Shown here: positions 18,441 through 27,727 of the stretch, in pieces | How positions within the stretch are numbered: the stretch's first letter is position 1 | Layout of the letters: every line of letters begins with the position of its first letter | Origin: Mycolicibacterium smegmatis | GTDB lineage: Bacteria > Actinomycetota > Actinomycetes > Mycobacteriales > Mycobacteriaceae | Direction: 5' to 3' | Assembly (NCBI RefSeq): GCF_001457595.1 | Contig: NZ_LN831039.1 | Span: 840,001 to 872,000, forward strand | DNA length: 32,000 bases | Notes under the pieces: model-generated | What the model saw: only the letters and a program-made list of their open reading frames with translations | Database searches by the model: none | What the model was told of the DNA's origin: nothing | Translations under genes and position numbers: made by a program

Positions 18441-19520
18441 TCAGAGCTTGAAGCGGCCGGCGAACCCCCGCAGCGGGACGTCGGCGCTGGTGAGCAGTCC
18501 GGGTGGGGCGGCGACGACGGACGCGATGGCGTTGAGTGCGGGCATCCCGGTCACGGTCATGCCGATCGAGGCGAACGAATCCGGATCTGACAGGTCCACA
18601 CCGGGTTTCGGGAAGATCATGTGCTTGTTGTAGACACACGGATCACCCTTGATCTGAGTGATGTAGCAGCCCTTGATGTCCCAGTGCGGGTCGGTGTGCG
18701 GGGTCATCTGCCATTCGAGGTGGGTCTCGATGCGCGGGACCCCGTCGACCATGCCCTGGTACTTGATGTAGTTGCCGCCCAGCGACCCCTTGGGCAGCTG
18801 GTACCAGCCCAGGTCGACGTCCTTGGTGCACGCACCGAGTTCGGCGCTGAACTTCACCTCGTCGAGTTGCAGGCCGAAGCAGTCCGCCATCAGCAGCACA
18901 CTGTCGGCGAACACGCGCGTGTACTTCTCGAGCTTGCCGGGGATCGACGGGTCGTCCACGGGCAGCCCGTAACCCACCTCGATCCAGGTGTCCTTGCTGT
19001 GATGGCATGACACGTCGACGGATTCGATGGTGGTGACGTTCTCGATCTCGGCGACATCGGCCGAGCACACCACGCCGAGGATCTGGTTGAGCCCGGGGTT
19101 CATGCCGGTGCCGTAGAACGTCGACGAACCTTTGCGGCACGCCTCGGCCAGCAGTTCCGACACCGGCCGGCCCGACGGGTGCGGGTGATTGGTGTCGCGG
19201 TGCCAGCCGGTGATCCAGTCGGCGGTGGTGACGATGTTGATGCCCGCTTCGAGCACCCTGATGTAGAGATCCTCGTCGGGGAACACGCCGTGGAACGTCA
19301 GCACATCGGGCCTGGCGGCGATGATCTCGTCGACCGTGCCGGTGGCGGTCACCCCGACGGGCCCGATGCCGGCGATCTCACCCGCGTCGCGCCCGACCTT
19401 CTCCGGTGTGTAGCAATGCAATCCGACGAGCTCCAGATCGGTGCGGTGCTGCAGGCGTTTGATCATCTCGGTGCCGACATTGCCCGTGGCCACCTGGAAG
19501 ACGCGGATGGGTGCGCTCAT
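18441..19520 (-). CDS. NAD(P)-binding dihydrodipicolinate-reductase-like protein
   Basis: MSAPIRVFQVATGNVGTEMIKRLQHRTDLELVGLHCY…; start codon overlaps the upstream Rieske stop (ATGA). Confidence 0.75.
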   Translation of the reverse strand: MSAPIRVFQVATGNVGTEMIKRLQHRTDLELVGLHCYTPEKVGRDAGEIAGIGPVGVTATGTVDEIIAARPDVLTFHGVFPDEDLYIRVLEAGINIVTTADWITGWHRDTNHPHPSGRPVSELLAEACRKGSSTFYGTGMNPGLNQILGVVCSADVAEIENVTTIESVDVSCHHSKDTWIEVGYGLPVDDPSIPGKLEKYTRVFADSVLLMADCFGLQLDEVKFSAELGACTKDVDLGWYQLPKGSLGGNYIKYQGMVDGVPRIETHLEWQMTPHTDPHWDIKGCYITQIKGDPCVYNKHMIFPKPGVDLSDPDSFASIGMTVTGMPALNAIASVVAAPPGLLTSADVPLRGFAGRFKL

Positions 19521-20596
19521 GTAGGGGTGCCCTTCTGATCGATGGATGCGAGATCGGCGGCACTGCCGCGCCGGTTGAGATCGGCGGCACTGCCGCCCCT
19601 GCCGTCGGGGTAGAACTGCATGGCCCACTTGCGAATCGCGGTGAAGCCCTCGTACTCGGCGGTCGCCAGCGCGGGTGGGTCGGAGTAGCGCTGGTGTGAC
19701 CAGATGTGGATGTCCTGCGTGAACTGCCGGATGACTTCCTCGCCGAACTCGGCGGCCTTGGTGGCGGAGCGCTCGTCGTCACGGCCGGGTGTGCGCCCGA
19801 TGTAGACCATGAACCGCACGTCGCAGGTGGATTCGTCGACCGGGGTGACCGCCGAGATGGTCCGGTTGTCGATCATGCCCCAACTCTTGGTGACAGCGAT
19901 GCCCAGTCCGCCGTTGATGGCCTGGACGCCGCTGTTGACGTCGTCGATGGTCTGGTTCTCGTCACCTTCGAAGGTGATGGTGAAGTCGACGTAGGACCAG
20001 GGCTCGGCGAAGTCGTGCCGCGTGAACACCGGGACGATGGGTGTCTGGTGGACGTACTTGAAATGTGCGAAGTCGACGCCGTTTTCGAGCACGTACTGCG
20101 GATGCAGTTCCAGCGCTTGGCGATACAGCCGCTGCTGCGGGTAGTAGCCGTCGGCGCTGCTGCCGTCGGCGAACGACGCGAACACGTCGGGCGCGTCGAA
20201 GAAGGGTTCACGGCCCAGCACGTCGTGCCAGATGTAGATGGCCTCGTTGCGCTCGGCCACGGGATAGGTCGGCATACGCCGCCCGCGGTTGGGCCGGTCC
20301 TGGTACGGGATGCAGACGTTGCGGCCCTCGGCGTTCCACTGCCACCCGTGGAACGGGCACTGAATGACCTCGCCGACCACCGTGCCGCCGAACCCGAGGT
20401 GCGCCCCGAGATGTTCGCAGTAGGCGTTCATGACGGTCACCTGCCCGGACTCCGAGCGCCAGGCCACCATCTCCTGCCCGAAGTACTTCATGACGCGGAC
20501 GTCGCCGACGCCGACCTCGTCGGACCAGGCGACCTGGAACCAGCCGGTGGGTTTCATCGACAACGGGGGTTTGGCCATCGTCGCAGTGCCTCCCAT
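19517..20596 (-). CDS. Rieske [2Fe-2S] ring-hydroxylating oxygenase alpha-subunit-like protein
   Basis: Rieske motif CEHLGAHLGFGG…CPFHGWQW. Mononuclear iron region ENGVDFAHFKYVH. Confidence 0.9.
   Translation of the reverse strand: MGGTATMAKPPLSMKPTGWFQVAWSDEVGVGDVRVMKYFGQEMVAWRSESGQVTVMNAYCEHLGAHLGFGGTVVGEVIQCPFHGWQWNAEGRNVCIPYQDRPNRGRRMPTYPVAERNEAIYIWHDVLGREPFFDAPDVFASFADGSSADGYYPQQRLYRQALELHPQYVLENGVDFAHFKYVHQTPIVPVFTRHDFAEPWSYVDFTITFEGDENQTIDDVNSGVQAINGGLGIAVTKSWGMIDNRTISAVTPVDESTCDVRFMVYIGRTPGRDDERSATKAAEFGEEVIRQFTQDIHIWSHQRYSDPPALATAEYEGFTAIRKWAMQFYPDGRGGSAADLNRRGSAADLASIDQKGTPT
19550..19596. repeat. Two perfect 20-bp direct repeats (27-bp period) in the 3' end of the Rieske gene
   Basis: GAGATCGGCGGCACTGCCGC at 19550-19569 and 19577-19596; encodes GSAADL…GSAADL. 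Confidence 0.9.
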
Positions 20597-20679
20597 CTTC
20601 TGCGGAGAAGCGTAGGAGCGCCGCGACGGGTTTGGAAGAGGGTTCTGTGAAACTTTTCGGCCGAGTTAGGATCCCGCAG

Positions 20680-21342
20680 ATGACGGACGCCGCCCAGCCT
20701 GGCTCCGGGCCCCGCGCCGAGAGGCCCAACCGGCCCAACCGCCGGGGGCTGGCCACACGGGAGAACATGCTGGAGGCCGCGCTGCAGGCATTGGCCACCG
20801 GCGACCCGGGCGCGGTGTCGGCCAACCGGATCGCCAAACAGATCGGCGCCACGTGGGGCGCGGTGAAGTACCAGTTCAGCGACATCGACGGATTGTGGGC
20901 CGCGGTGCTGCACCGCACGGCCGAGCGTCGCGCCGGTGTGCTGGGCCGCCACGATCCGGGCGCCCCGTTGCGGCAGCGCGTCGCGGGCATCATCGACATG
21001 CTCTACGACGGCCTGACAGCCAGCGACTCGCGCGCCATCGAGAACCTGCGCGCGGCGCTGCCGCGGGACCGCGCCGAGCTGGAACGGCTTTATCCGCGCA
21101 CGGCCGCGGAGCTGTCGTCATGGGGGCAGGGCTGGCTGGCGACGTGTCAGCAGGCCTTTGCCGATCTCGACGTCGACCCCGAGCGGGTCCGCGAGGTCGC
21201 GTCGTTCATCCCGGGCGCCATGCGGGGCATCACCTCGGAGCGTCAACTGGGCACTTACACCGACCTCGATGTGGCGCGCCGCGGCCTCACCAACGCGATT
21301 GTGAGCTATCTCGAGGACAACGGGTCAGGGCGACGTGAGTAA
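20680..21342 (+). CDS. TetR family transcriptional regulator
   Basis: MTDAAQPGSG…TRENMLEAALQALATGDPGAVSANRIAKQIGATWGAVKYQFSDIDGLWAAVL. An upstream alternative start exists at 20632. Confidence 0.88.
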   Translation: MTDAAQPGSGPRAERPNRPNRRGLATRENMLEAALQALATGDPGAVSANRIAKQIGATWGAVKYQFSDIDGLWAAVLHRTAERRAGVLGRHDPGAPLRQRVAGIIDMLYDGLTASDSRAIENLRAALPRDRAELERLYPRTAAELSSWGQGWLATCQQAFADLDVDPERVREVASFIPGAMRGITSERQLGTYTDLDVARRGLTNAIVSYLEDNGSGRRE

Positions 21343-21366
21343 CCAGTAACCGGGTTGTGACCTCCC

Positions 21367-21391
21367 TTGGTAGCGGCATTTCCGCTACCAA
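21367..21391. promoter_or_regulatory. Perfect 10-bp inverted repeat TTGGTAGCGG-CATTT-CCGCTACCAA upstream of ttfA
   Basis: Read directly. It begins 24 bp after the tetR stop and ends 17 bp before the ttfA ATG. Confidence 0.7.
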
Positions 21392-21408
21392 CAAGTAGGC
21401 TGTTGGCG

Positions 21409-22245
21409 ATGGTCCCGCTCTGGTTCACGCTGTCCGCACTCTGCTTCGTGGGTGCGGCCGTGTTGCTGTACGTCGATATCGACCGCCGACGAGGGCTGGG
21501 ACGGCGCCGCAAGTCGTGGGCGAAGTCGCATGGCTTCGACTACGAGTACGAGTCCGAAGATCTCCTCAAGCGCTGGAAGCGCGGGGTGATGTCGACTGTC
21601 GGTGACGTCACGGCCAAGAACGTCGTCCTCGGTCAGATCCGCGGTGAGGCGGTGTTCATCTTCGACATCGAAGAGGTCGCCACCGTCATCGCCCTGCACC
21701 GCAAGGTCGGCACCAACGTCGTCGTCGACCTGCGGCTCAAAGGTCTCAAGGAGCCCAGGGAGAACGACATCTGGCTGCTCGGCGCCATCGGCCCGCGGAT
21801 GGTGTACTCCACCAACCTCGACGCCGCGCGCCGCGCCTGCGACCGCCGCATGGTCACGTTCGCCCACACCGCGCCCGACTGCGCCGAGATCATGTGGAAC
21901 GAGCAGAACTGGACGCTGGTCGCCATGCCGGTCACCAGCAACCGCGCCCAGTGGGACGAGGGGCTGCGCACGGTCCGGCAGTTCAACGATCTGTTGCGGG
22001 TGCTGCCGCCGGTGCCGCAGAACGGCAGCCAGGCCGCGCTCCCGCGCCGGGGTGGTTCACCCAGCCGTCCGCTGGCGCCCACCCCCGCCGGTCGCCGCGA
22101 ACTGCCTCCCGGACGCGCCGACGTACCCCCGGCCCGCGGCGACGTCAGCCGTTTCGCCCCGCGCCCCGAAGCCGGCCGTTCGGACGCCTTCCGCAGGCCG
22201 CCGCCCGCCCGCAACGGGCGTGAGGCCAGCCACTTCCAGCGCTAG
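21409..22245 (+). CDS. ttfA: TtfA-like protein (trehalose monomycolate transport factor, Rv0383c family)
   Basis: MVPLWFTLSALCFVGAAVLLYVDIDRRRG…GFDYEYESEDLLKRWKRGVMS…WTLVAMPVTSNRAQWDEGLRTVRQFNDLLRVLPP. Synteny with clpB (Rv0384c) and the Rv0381c/Rv0380c-like genes. Confidence 0.85.
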   Translation: MVPLWFTLSALCFVGAAVLLYVDIDRRRGLGRRRKSWAKSHGFDYEYESEDLLKRWKRGVMSTVGDVTAKNVVLGQIRGEAVFIFDIEEVATVIALHRKVGTNVVVDLRLKGLKEPRENDIWLLGAIGPRMVYSTNLDAARRACDRRMVTFAHTAPDCAEIMWNEQNWTLVAMPVTSNRAQWDEGLRTVRQFNDLLRVLPPVPQNGSQAALPRRGGSPSRPLAPTPAGRRELPPGRADVPPARGDVSRFAPRPEAGRSDAFRRPPPARNGREASHFQR

Positions 22246-22290
22246 ACGGGCGCAACCGGCGGTACCGCACCCCTTCAGTACGCTGTCGGC

Positions 22291-23067
22291 ATGCCACGCC
22301 CCGTTGCGCTGATCACCGGACCGACCTCGGGTCTCGGCGCGGGATTCGCCCGCCGCTACGCGCTCGAAGGCTATGACCTGGTGCTCGTCGCGCGCGACCA
22401 GCAGCGCCTGGAACAGCTCGCCGACGAACTGCACCACGAGGCCGGTGCCACCGTGGAGACCATCGGCGCCGATCTCGCCGTCGCCGACGACCGTGCCAGG
22501 GTCGCCGAGCGGGTACGGCAGGGAGTGCGCGTGCTGGTCAACAACGCCGGCTTCGCGACCTCGGGTGAGTTCTGGACCGCCGACTTCGCCCGGCTACGGG
22601 CACAACTCGACGTCAACGTGACCGCGGTGATGGAACTCACCCACGCCGCGTTGCCCGCGATGCTCGACGCCCACGAGGGCACCATCATCAACGTCGCGAG
22701 CGTCGCCGGGCTGGTGCCGGGCCGCGGATCGACGTACTCGGCCTCCAAGGCGTGGGTGGTGTCGTTCACCGAGGGCCTGGCCAACGGTCTGATCGGCACC
22801 GGCGTGGGCATCCACGCCCTGTGCCCGGGATTCGTGCGCACCGAGTTCCATGCCCGCGCGGGCATCGACATGGCAGGCACACCGTCGTTCATGTGGCTCG
22901 AGGTGGACGACGTGGTGCGCGACTGCCTGGCCGACGTGGCCAAGGACAAGGTCGTCATCGTGCCGGGACTTCAGTACAAGGCGCTGACCACCGGAGGCCG
23001 CATGGCCCCGCGGAACCTGGTGCGCGCCGTGACGAAAGTGGTGGGGAAGGGCCGTGCCAGGACCTAG
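22291..23067 (+). CDS. Short-chain dehydrogenase/reductase
   Basis: ALITGPTSGLGAGFARRYALEG…LVNNAGFATSGEFW…YSASKAWVVSFTEGLA. Confidence 0.93.
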   Translation: MPRPVALITGPTSGLGAGFARRYALEGYDLVLVARDQQRLEQLADELHHEAGATVETIGADLAVADDRARVAERVRQGVRVLVNNAGFATSGEFWTADFARLRAQLDVNVTAVMELTHAALPAMLDAHEGTIINVASVAGLVPGRGSTYSASKAWVVSFTEGLANGLIGTGVGIHALCPGFVRTEFHARAGIDMAGTPSFMWLEVDDVVRDCLADVAKDKVVIVPGLQYKALTTGGRMAPRNLVRAVTKVVGKGRART

Positions 23068-23097
23068 CGGACAAGCCGAAACACGACCTGAGATCCG

Positions 23098-24000
23098 GTG
23101 CGGGCGCTGATCGCCGTGGTGACGACGCTGATGCTCGTCGTCACCACCGCCTGCTCGGACGACCACACACCCACCCGCACCTACGAGGCCCTCACGACGA
23201 CCGTCGGGCAGGCCCTCGACATCCTGGGCTGGCACATCACGCTCTCGGACCTGCGGTTCGAGGCCGACCGGGTACTGGTCGACGTGGACGCCACACCGTC
23301 GGCCGACCAGCGGGCCAAACCCGAGGACCTGCGGTTCGGGCTGTACGGAGCGCTCGCGCACCCCATCGAGGCCACCGGAATCGGCGCGTGCAGCGACGTG
23401 CCCAGCCTGGCGCTGCAGCCGCTGGCCGCCTCGCCGGCCCAGAATCCCGACAAGCTCTCCGGCACAGTCTGTTTGGGGCCGCAGCGGGATCAGAGCCAGG
23501 TGCGCGGCGTGTACGTCTACTCACCGCGCGACCGCATCAGCGGCACCACCGTCGCGTACGCGGCCGCGTTCCCGGTCGGGGTGCTGCCCACCAACCCGAA
23601 CGACACCGGCCTGTCGATCAAGACCACGAGCGTCGACGGGTTCAGCGCCGACGGCGCACAACTCGCACCCACGGCGCTCGGTGAGCCCGAGGCCTTCAGC
23701 GGCAACGGCTACATGCTGCTGGGGCTGGAGATCACCGGCCTGGCGCAGCGGTACCGCGACGACTCGGCCCAGCGCGGCGGCCCGCTGATGGTGGTCGCGG
23801 CCCCGACGCTGCCGCCGCCCGGCCTCAGCCACGCCTGCTCGGTGTACGGGTCGTCGGTGCTCGTGCTGCCCGACGCATCACGCGAAGGGGTGAACATGCG
23901 GGCCTCGCTGTGTACGCAGGGCGAGATCAACGCCGCGTTGTTGTACGCCTCGGTGTCGGTGATCGGCACCCACGCCGCGCTGTGGACCAACCATGGCTGA
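23098..24000 (+). CDS. Putative secreted lipoprotein (Rv0381c-like position)
   Basis: MRALIAVVTTLMLVVTTACSDDHTPT: signal peptide with lipobox-like VTTAC. No recognised domain. Confidence 0.65.
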   Translation: MRALIAVVTTLMLVVTTACSDDHTPTRTYEALTTTVGQALDILGWHITLSDLRFEADRVLVDVDATPSADQRAKPEDLRFGLYGALAHPIEATGIGACSDVPSLALQPLAASPAQNPDKLSGTVCLGPQRDQSQVRGVYVYSPRDRISGTTVAYAAAFPVGVLPTNPNDTGLSIKTTSVDGFSADGAQLAPTALGEPEAFSGNGYMLLGLEITGLAQRYRDDSAQRGGPLMVVAAPTLPPPGLSHACSVYGSSVLVLPDASREGVNMRASLCTQGEINAALLYASVSVIGTHAALWTNHG

Positions 24001-24637
24001 GGCCGTCGGCCCCACCGAGTGGGGAGACAGTCCCGGCGTCGGCCCGTGGGAGGGGCCGTGGCCCGACGACCCGCGTTACGACCCCGACCTGCTGCGTGAC
24101 GGTGACTACCGCAATGTGGTTGACGCCTACCGGTATTGGACCCGCCCGGCGATCGTCGCCGACATCGACACGCGCAGACACCCGCTGCACATCGCGATCG
24201 AGAACTTCGGCAGCGACGCCAACATCGGCACGGTGGTGCGCACCGCGAACGCGTTCGCGGTCGACACCGTCCACATCGTGGGGCGGCGGCGCTGGAACCG
24301 GCGCGGTGCGATGGTGACCGACCGCTACCAGCGGCTGCGCCACCACGACACCACCGCGGACCTGCTCGATTTCGCCGACGATGCAGGCCTGGTGGTCGTG
24401 GCGGTGGACAACGTCCCCGGATCGGTGCGGCTCGAGGAAACCGAACTGCCCAGGAACTGCCTGCTCATCTTCGGTCAGGAAGGTCCGGGCATCACGCCGG
24501 AGGCCCAGGCCGGTGCCGCGGTCACGGTGTCGATCGCGCAGTTCGGCTCGACCCGCAGCATCAACGCCGGTGTTGCCGCGGGCATCGCCATGCACGCCTG
24601 GATCACCCAACATGCCGACATGTCGAAGGCGTGGTGA
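23993..24637 (+). CDS. TrmH/SpoU-family RNA 2'-O-methyltransferase
   Basis: FGSDANIGTVVRTANAFAVDTVHIVG…LLIFGQEGPGITPEA…VSIAQFGSTRSINAGVAAGIAMHAW. Confidence 0.93.
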   Translation: MAEAVGPTEWGDSPGVGPWEGPWPDDPRYDPDLLRDGDYRNVVDAYRYWTRPAIVADIDTRRHPLHIAIENFGSDANIGTVVRTANAFAVDTVHIVGRRRWNRRGAMVTDRYQRLRHHDTTADLLDFADDAGLVVVAVDNVPGSVRLEETELPRNCLLIFGQEGPGITPEAQAGAAVTVSIAQFGSTRSINAGVAAGIAMHAWITQHADMSKAW

Positions 24638-24652
24638 GGCAGGATCGTTGCC

Positions 24653-25834
24653 ATGGATCAGCTATGGGCCAACCGGGCGGCCAGTGCCGAAGCTGCGATC
24701 ACCGAACGTCATCTCAAGAAGCTGTGGGGCCTGCCTGGCACCCAGCTCGGGGTGGTGGCCTGGCCGCCGGCCCGCAAATACACGCTGTTCGGCACGTGGC
24801 ACTACTGGTGGCAGGCGCATCTGCTGGACTGCCTGGTCGACGCCCAGGTGCGTGACCCGCAACCCGAACGCAAGACCAGGATCGAACGGCAGCTCCGGGC
24901 GCACCGGCTGCGCAACAACCTCTCGTGGGTCAACGACTACTACGACGACATGGCGTGGCTGGCGCTGGCCATCGAGCGGGCCGGGCGCCTGGCCGGTGTC
25001 GAGAAACCCACGGCGCTCAGGAAACTCTGCGACCAGTTCGTCACGGCGTGGGTGCCCGAGGACGGCGGCGGCATCCCGTGGCGCAAGCAGGACCAGTTCT
25101 TCAACGCGCCGGCCAACGGCCCGGCCGGGATCTTCCTGGCGCGTTACGACGATCGGCTGCGCCGCGCCCAGCAGATGGCCGACTGGATCGACGAGACCCT
25201 GATCGACCCCGACACCCACCTGGTGTTCGACGGCATCAAGGCCGGCTCACTGGTGCGCGCCCAGTACACCTACTGCCAGGGCGTGGTGCTGGGCCTGGAG
25301 GTCGAACTCGCGGTGCGCACGCAGGATCCGCGCCACGCCCCGCGGGTGCGCAGGCTGGTGGCCGCGGTGGACAAGGAGATGACCACCGACGGCGTCATCA
25401 AGGGCGCAGGTGGCGGTGACGGCGGCCTGTTCAACGGCATCCTCGCGCGTTATCTCGCACTGGTGGCCACGACGCTGCCGGGGGAGACCCCCGAGGACAT
25501 CGCGGCCCGGGACACCGCCCGCACGATCGTGCTGAAAAGCGCACGGTCGGCGTGGGATCACCGGCAGACCGTGGACGGCCTGCCGTTGTTCAGCGCGTTC
25601 TGGGACCGCAACGCCGAGATCCCGACGGCGGGCGGCAAGGAGGCCGAGTTCGTCGAGGGCGCGGTCAACGCGTCGTCGGTGCCCGAGCGGGATCTCTCGG
25701 TGCAACTGGCGGGCTGGATGCTGATGGAGGCCGCGCACAGCGTCGACAGCGTGGATGGCGAGGACGCTGCCGGAGACCAAAACGGCGCCGGAGACGGCGA
25801 AGTGGGACACGACGAGAACGAGGATGAGGAGTAG
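24653..25834 (+). CDS. Glycoside hydrolase family 76-like (alpha-1,6-mannanase-like) protein without a signal peptide
   Basis: NDYYDDMAWLALAIERAG (GH76 Asp-Asp pair), GGGIPWRKQDQFFNAPANGPA, YTYCQGVVLG, KGAGGGDGGLFNGILARYLA. Highly acidic C-terminal tail. Confidence 0.8.
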   Translation: MDQLWANRAASAEAAITERHLKKLWGLPGTQLGVVAWPPARKYTLFGTWHYWWQAHLLDCLVDAQVRDPQPERKTRIERQLRAHRLRNNLSWVNDYYDDMAWLALAIERAGRLAGVEKPTALRKLCDQFVTAWVPEDGGGIPWRKQDQFFNAPANGPAGIFLARYDDRLRRAQQMADWIDETLIDPDTHLVFDGIKAGSLVRAQYTYCQGVVLGLEVELAVRTQDPRHAPRVRRLVAAVDKEMTTDGVIKGAGGGDGGLFNGILARYLALVATTLPGETPEDIAARDTARTIVLKSARSAWDHRQTVDGLPLFSAFWDRNAEIPTAGGKEAEFVEGAVNASSVPERDLSVQLAGWMLMEAAHSVDSVDGEDAAGDQNGAGDGEVGHDENEDEE

Positions 25835-25837
25835 CCA

Positions 25838-26746
25838 GTGACAGAAGGTCAGTGCGCCCGGATCGATTTCCCGTCGCGGATCGGCGTGTGGTGGGCCAGC
25901 GACACCTGGTCGATGCGCGATGCGCAGGAGGTCGCCCGCGAGATCGAGGCCCTCGGCTTCGGGTCGTTGTTCCTGCCGGAGACCGTCGCCAAGGAGTGCC
26001 TGACCCAGTCGGCGGCGTTCCTCGCCGCGACCGAGCGGCTCGTGATCGGCACCGGCATCGCCAACATCCACGTCCGGCTGCCCAGCGCCGCCGAGGCCGG
26101 CGCACGCACCCTCACCGCCCTGTACCCGGGCCGGTTCGTCCTGGGGCTCGGCGTGAGCCACGGGCCGCTGGTCGAGCGCGGCATGGGTGGTGTGTACCAG
26201 AAGCCGCTGGCGACCATGCGCACCTACCTGGAGCGCATGGCCGCGCTGCCCGAGCAGATCGAGCCAGGTGCGGGCAGGCCGCCGCGGCTGCTGGCGGCGT
26301 TGGGGCCCAAGATGATCGAGCTGTCCGGCACCCACGCCGACGGCGCCCACCCGTATCTGGTGCTGCCCGAGCAGACGCGCACCACCCGTGAGATCCTCGG
26401 CGAGGACAAGTGGATCGTGTCCGAACAGGCCGTGGCGGTCGGCGGCGACGACGCCGATCAGCTGCGCCGCGCGCACCAGCATCTCGAGGTGTACAGCGGC
26501 CTGCCCAATTACCGGAACTCGTGGCTGCGCCAGGGATTCGACGAATCCGACCTGGTGCGCGGCGGGTCCGACCGGCTCGCGCGCGCGGTGGTGGGCATGG
26601 GCTCGGTCGACGACGCCGCCAAGGCGGTCACGGCGCATCTCGACGCCGGGGCCGACCATGTGGTGGTGCAGGTGCTCGGGGATACCCCGACGTCGGATCC
26701 GCGTCCGGTGCTGCGTGAACTCGCCGGCGCGTTCGGGCTCAAGTAG
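25838..26746 (+). CDS. LLM-class (F420-dependent-type) oxidoreductase
   Basis: RIGVWWASDTWSMRDAQEVAREIEALGFGSLFLPE…ERLVIGTGIANIHVR…LYPGRFVLGLGVSHGPLVE. Confidence 0.9.
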   Translation: MTEGQCARIDFPSRIGVWWASDTWSMRDAQEVAREIEALGFGSLFLPETVAKECLTQSAAFLAATERLVIGTGIANIHVRLPSAAEAGARTLTALYPGRFVLGLGVSHGPLVERGMGGVYQKPLATMRTYLERMAALPEQIEPGAGRPPRLLAALGPKMIELSGTHADGAHPYLVLPEQTRTTREILGEDKWIVSEQAVAVGGDDADQLRRAHQHLEVYSGLPNYRNSWLRQGFDESDLVRGGSDRLARAVVGMGSVDDAAKAVTAHLDAGADHVVVQVLGDTPTSDPRPVLRELAGAFGLK

Positions 26747-26750
26747 CCCG

Positions 26751-27704
26751 TCAACTCCACAGCGTCACATGGACTTTCGGGCGGAAGCGGCTCACACCGA
26801 CGCCGCTGCCGCGGATCATCGCCTGCGTGCAGCGCGGCGTGGTGATGAACCGCAGCAACTCCGAGACGGCCGGTTGGCGGGCCGAGGCGGGCAGGGTCGT
26901 GGCGAACCACTCGCCGCCGACCTGCAGGCCCGGGCCCTTGACCTGCGCCAGCCGGCCGCCCGCGAGATCCTTGGCCACCGCGAACCCGATCGTCGGTGTC
27001 ACCCCGCCGACGCGGCGCACCTCCTCGAGTGCGGCCGCGTCGCTCTGGAAGATGCGTTGGCGCGCTTCAGGTATCGCGAGCGCCCGCAGCATGGCGGCGA
27101 TCTCCCCGTCGGCGTTGCCGCCCGAGGGGCCGAGTTGCCACGGCTGCTCTCGTAGCGACGCCGGCGTGACGCCGCGCTCCAGCAACGCGTTGTCCGGTGT
27201 GGTCACCGTGATGATCTGGTACTTCAGGAACGCGCGGACCACGAGGTTCGGATCGGCCGGTGCGGCCGGACCCAGCGCGATGTCGACCGCGCGCGAGGTG
27301 ATGAGGTGGCCGAACTGGCGCGCGGGGTGCACGCTGAGCTCGACCGAAAGGTCGTCGGCGCGTGAGGAGAACAGCTCGATGAGCCCGGGCGCGGCGTGTT
27401 CGGCGAACGCGCTGGAGGCCGCGATACGCAGCAGGCGCCTGCCGTGGGCCGCCTCGGTCACCTCGATCGCGGTCTGCTGCTGCAGCCCGAGGATCTCCAC
27501 GGCGCGACTCGCCAGGCGCAGCCCGCCCGGCGTGAACGCGAGCCCGGACGCGGTGCGGGTGAACAGCGGGTCGTCGAGTTCCTTGCGCAGCTGCGCGACG
27601 TGCATCGACACCCCGGCGTCGGAGACGCCGAGTTCCTCGGCCGCGGCCCGCACCGAGCCCAGCCGGACCACCGCTGAAAAAGCGCGTAGTTGCGCGGGTG
27701 TCAC
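26751..27704 (-). CDS. LysR-type transcriptional regulator (candidate CO-dehydrogenase regulator, CutR-like by position)
   Basis: MTPAQLRAFSAVVRLGSVRAAAEELGVSDAGVSMHVAQLRKELDDPLFTRTASGLAFTPGG. Upstream of and divergent from the XdhC/cox genes. Confidence 0.88.
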   Translation of the reverse strand: MTPAQLRAFSAVVRLGSVRAAAEELGVSDAGVSMHVAQLRKELDDPLFTRTASGLAFTPGGLRLASRAVEILGLQQQTAIEVTEAAHGRRLLRIAASSAFAEHAAPGLIELFSSRADDLSVELSVHPARQFGHLITSRAVDIALGPAAPADPNLVVRAFLKYQIITVTTPDNALLERGVTPASLREQPWQLGPSGGNADGEIAAMLRALAIPEARQRIFQSDAAALEEVRRVGGVTPTIGFAVAKDLAGGRLAQVKGPGLQVGGEWFATTLPASARQPAVSELLRFITTPRCTQAMIRGSGVGVSRFRPKVHVTLWS

Positions 27705-27727
27705 GTAGGCAGCTTATGTTGGGTGGT

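Noticed and set aside
25247-26659. 470-aa minus-strand ORF, with other long opposite-strand ORFs at 1634-2545, 4244-5407 and 9353-10225
   Set aside because: All lie opposite genes with strong family motifs. Typical of high-GC shadow ORFs.
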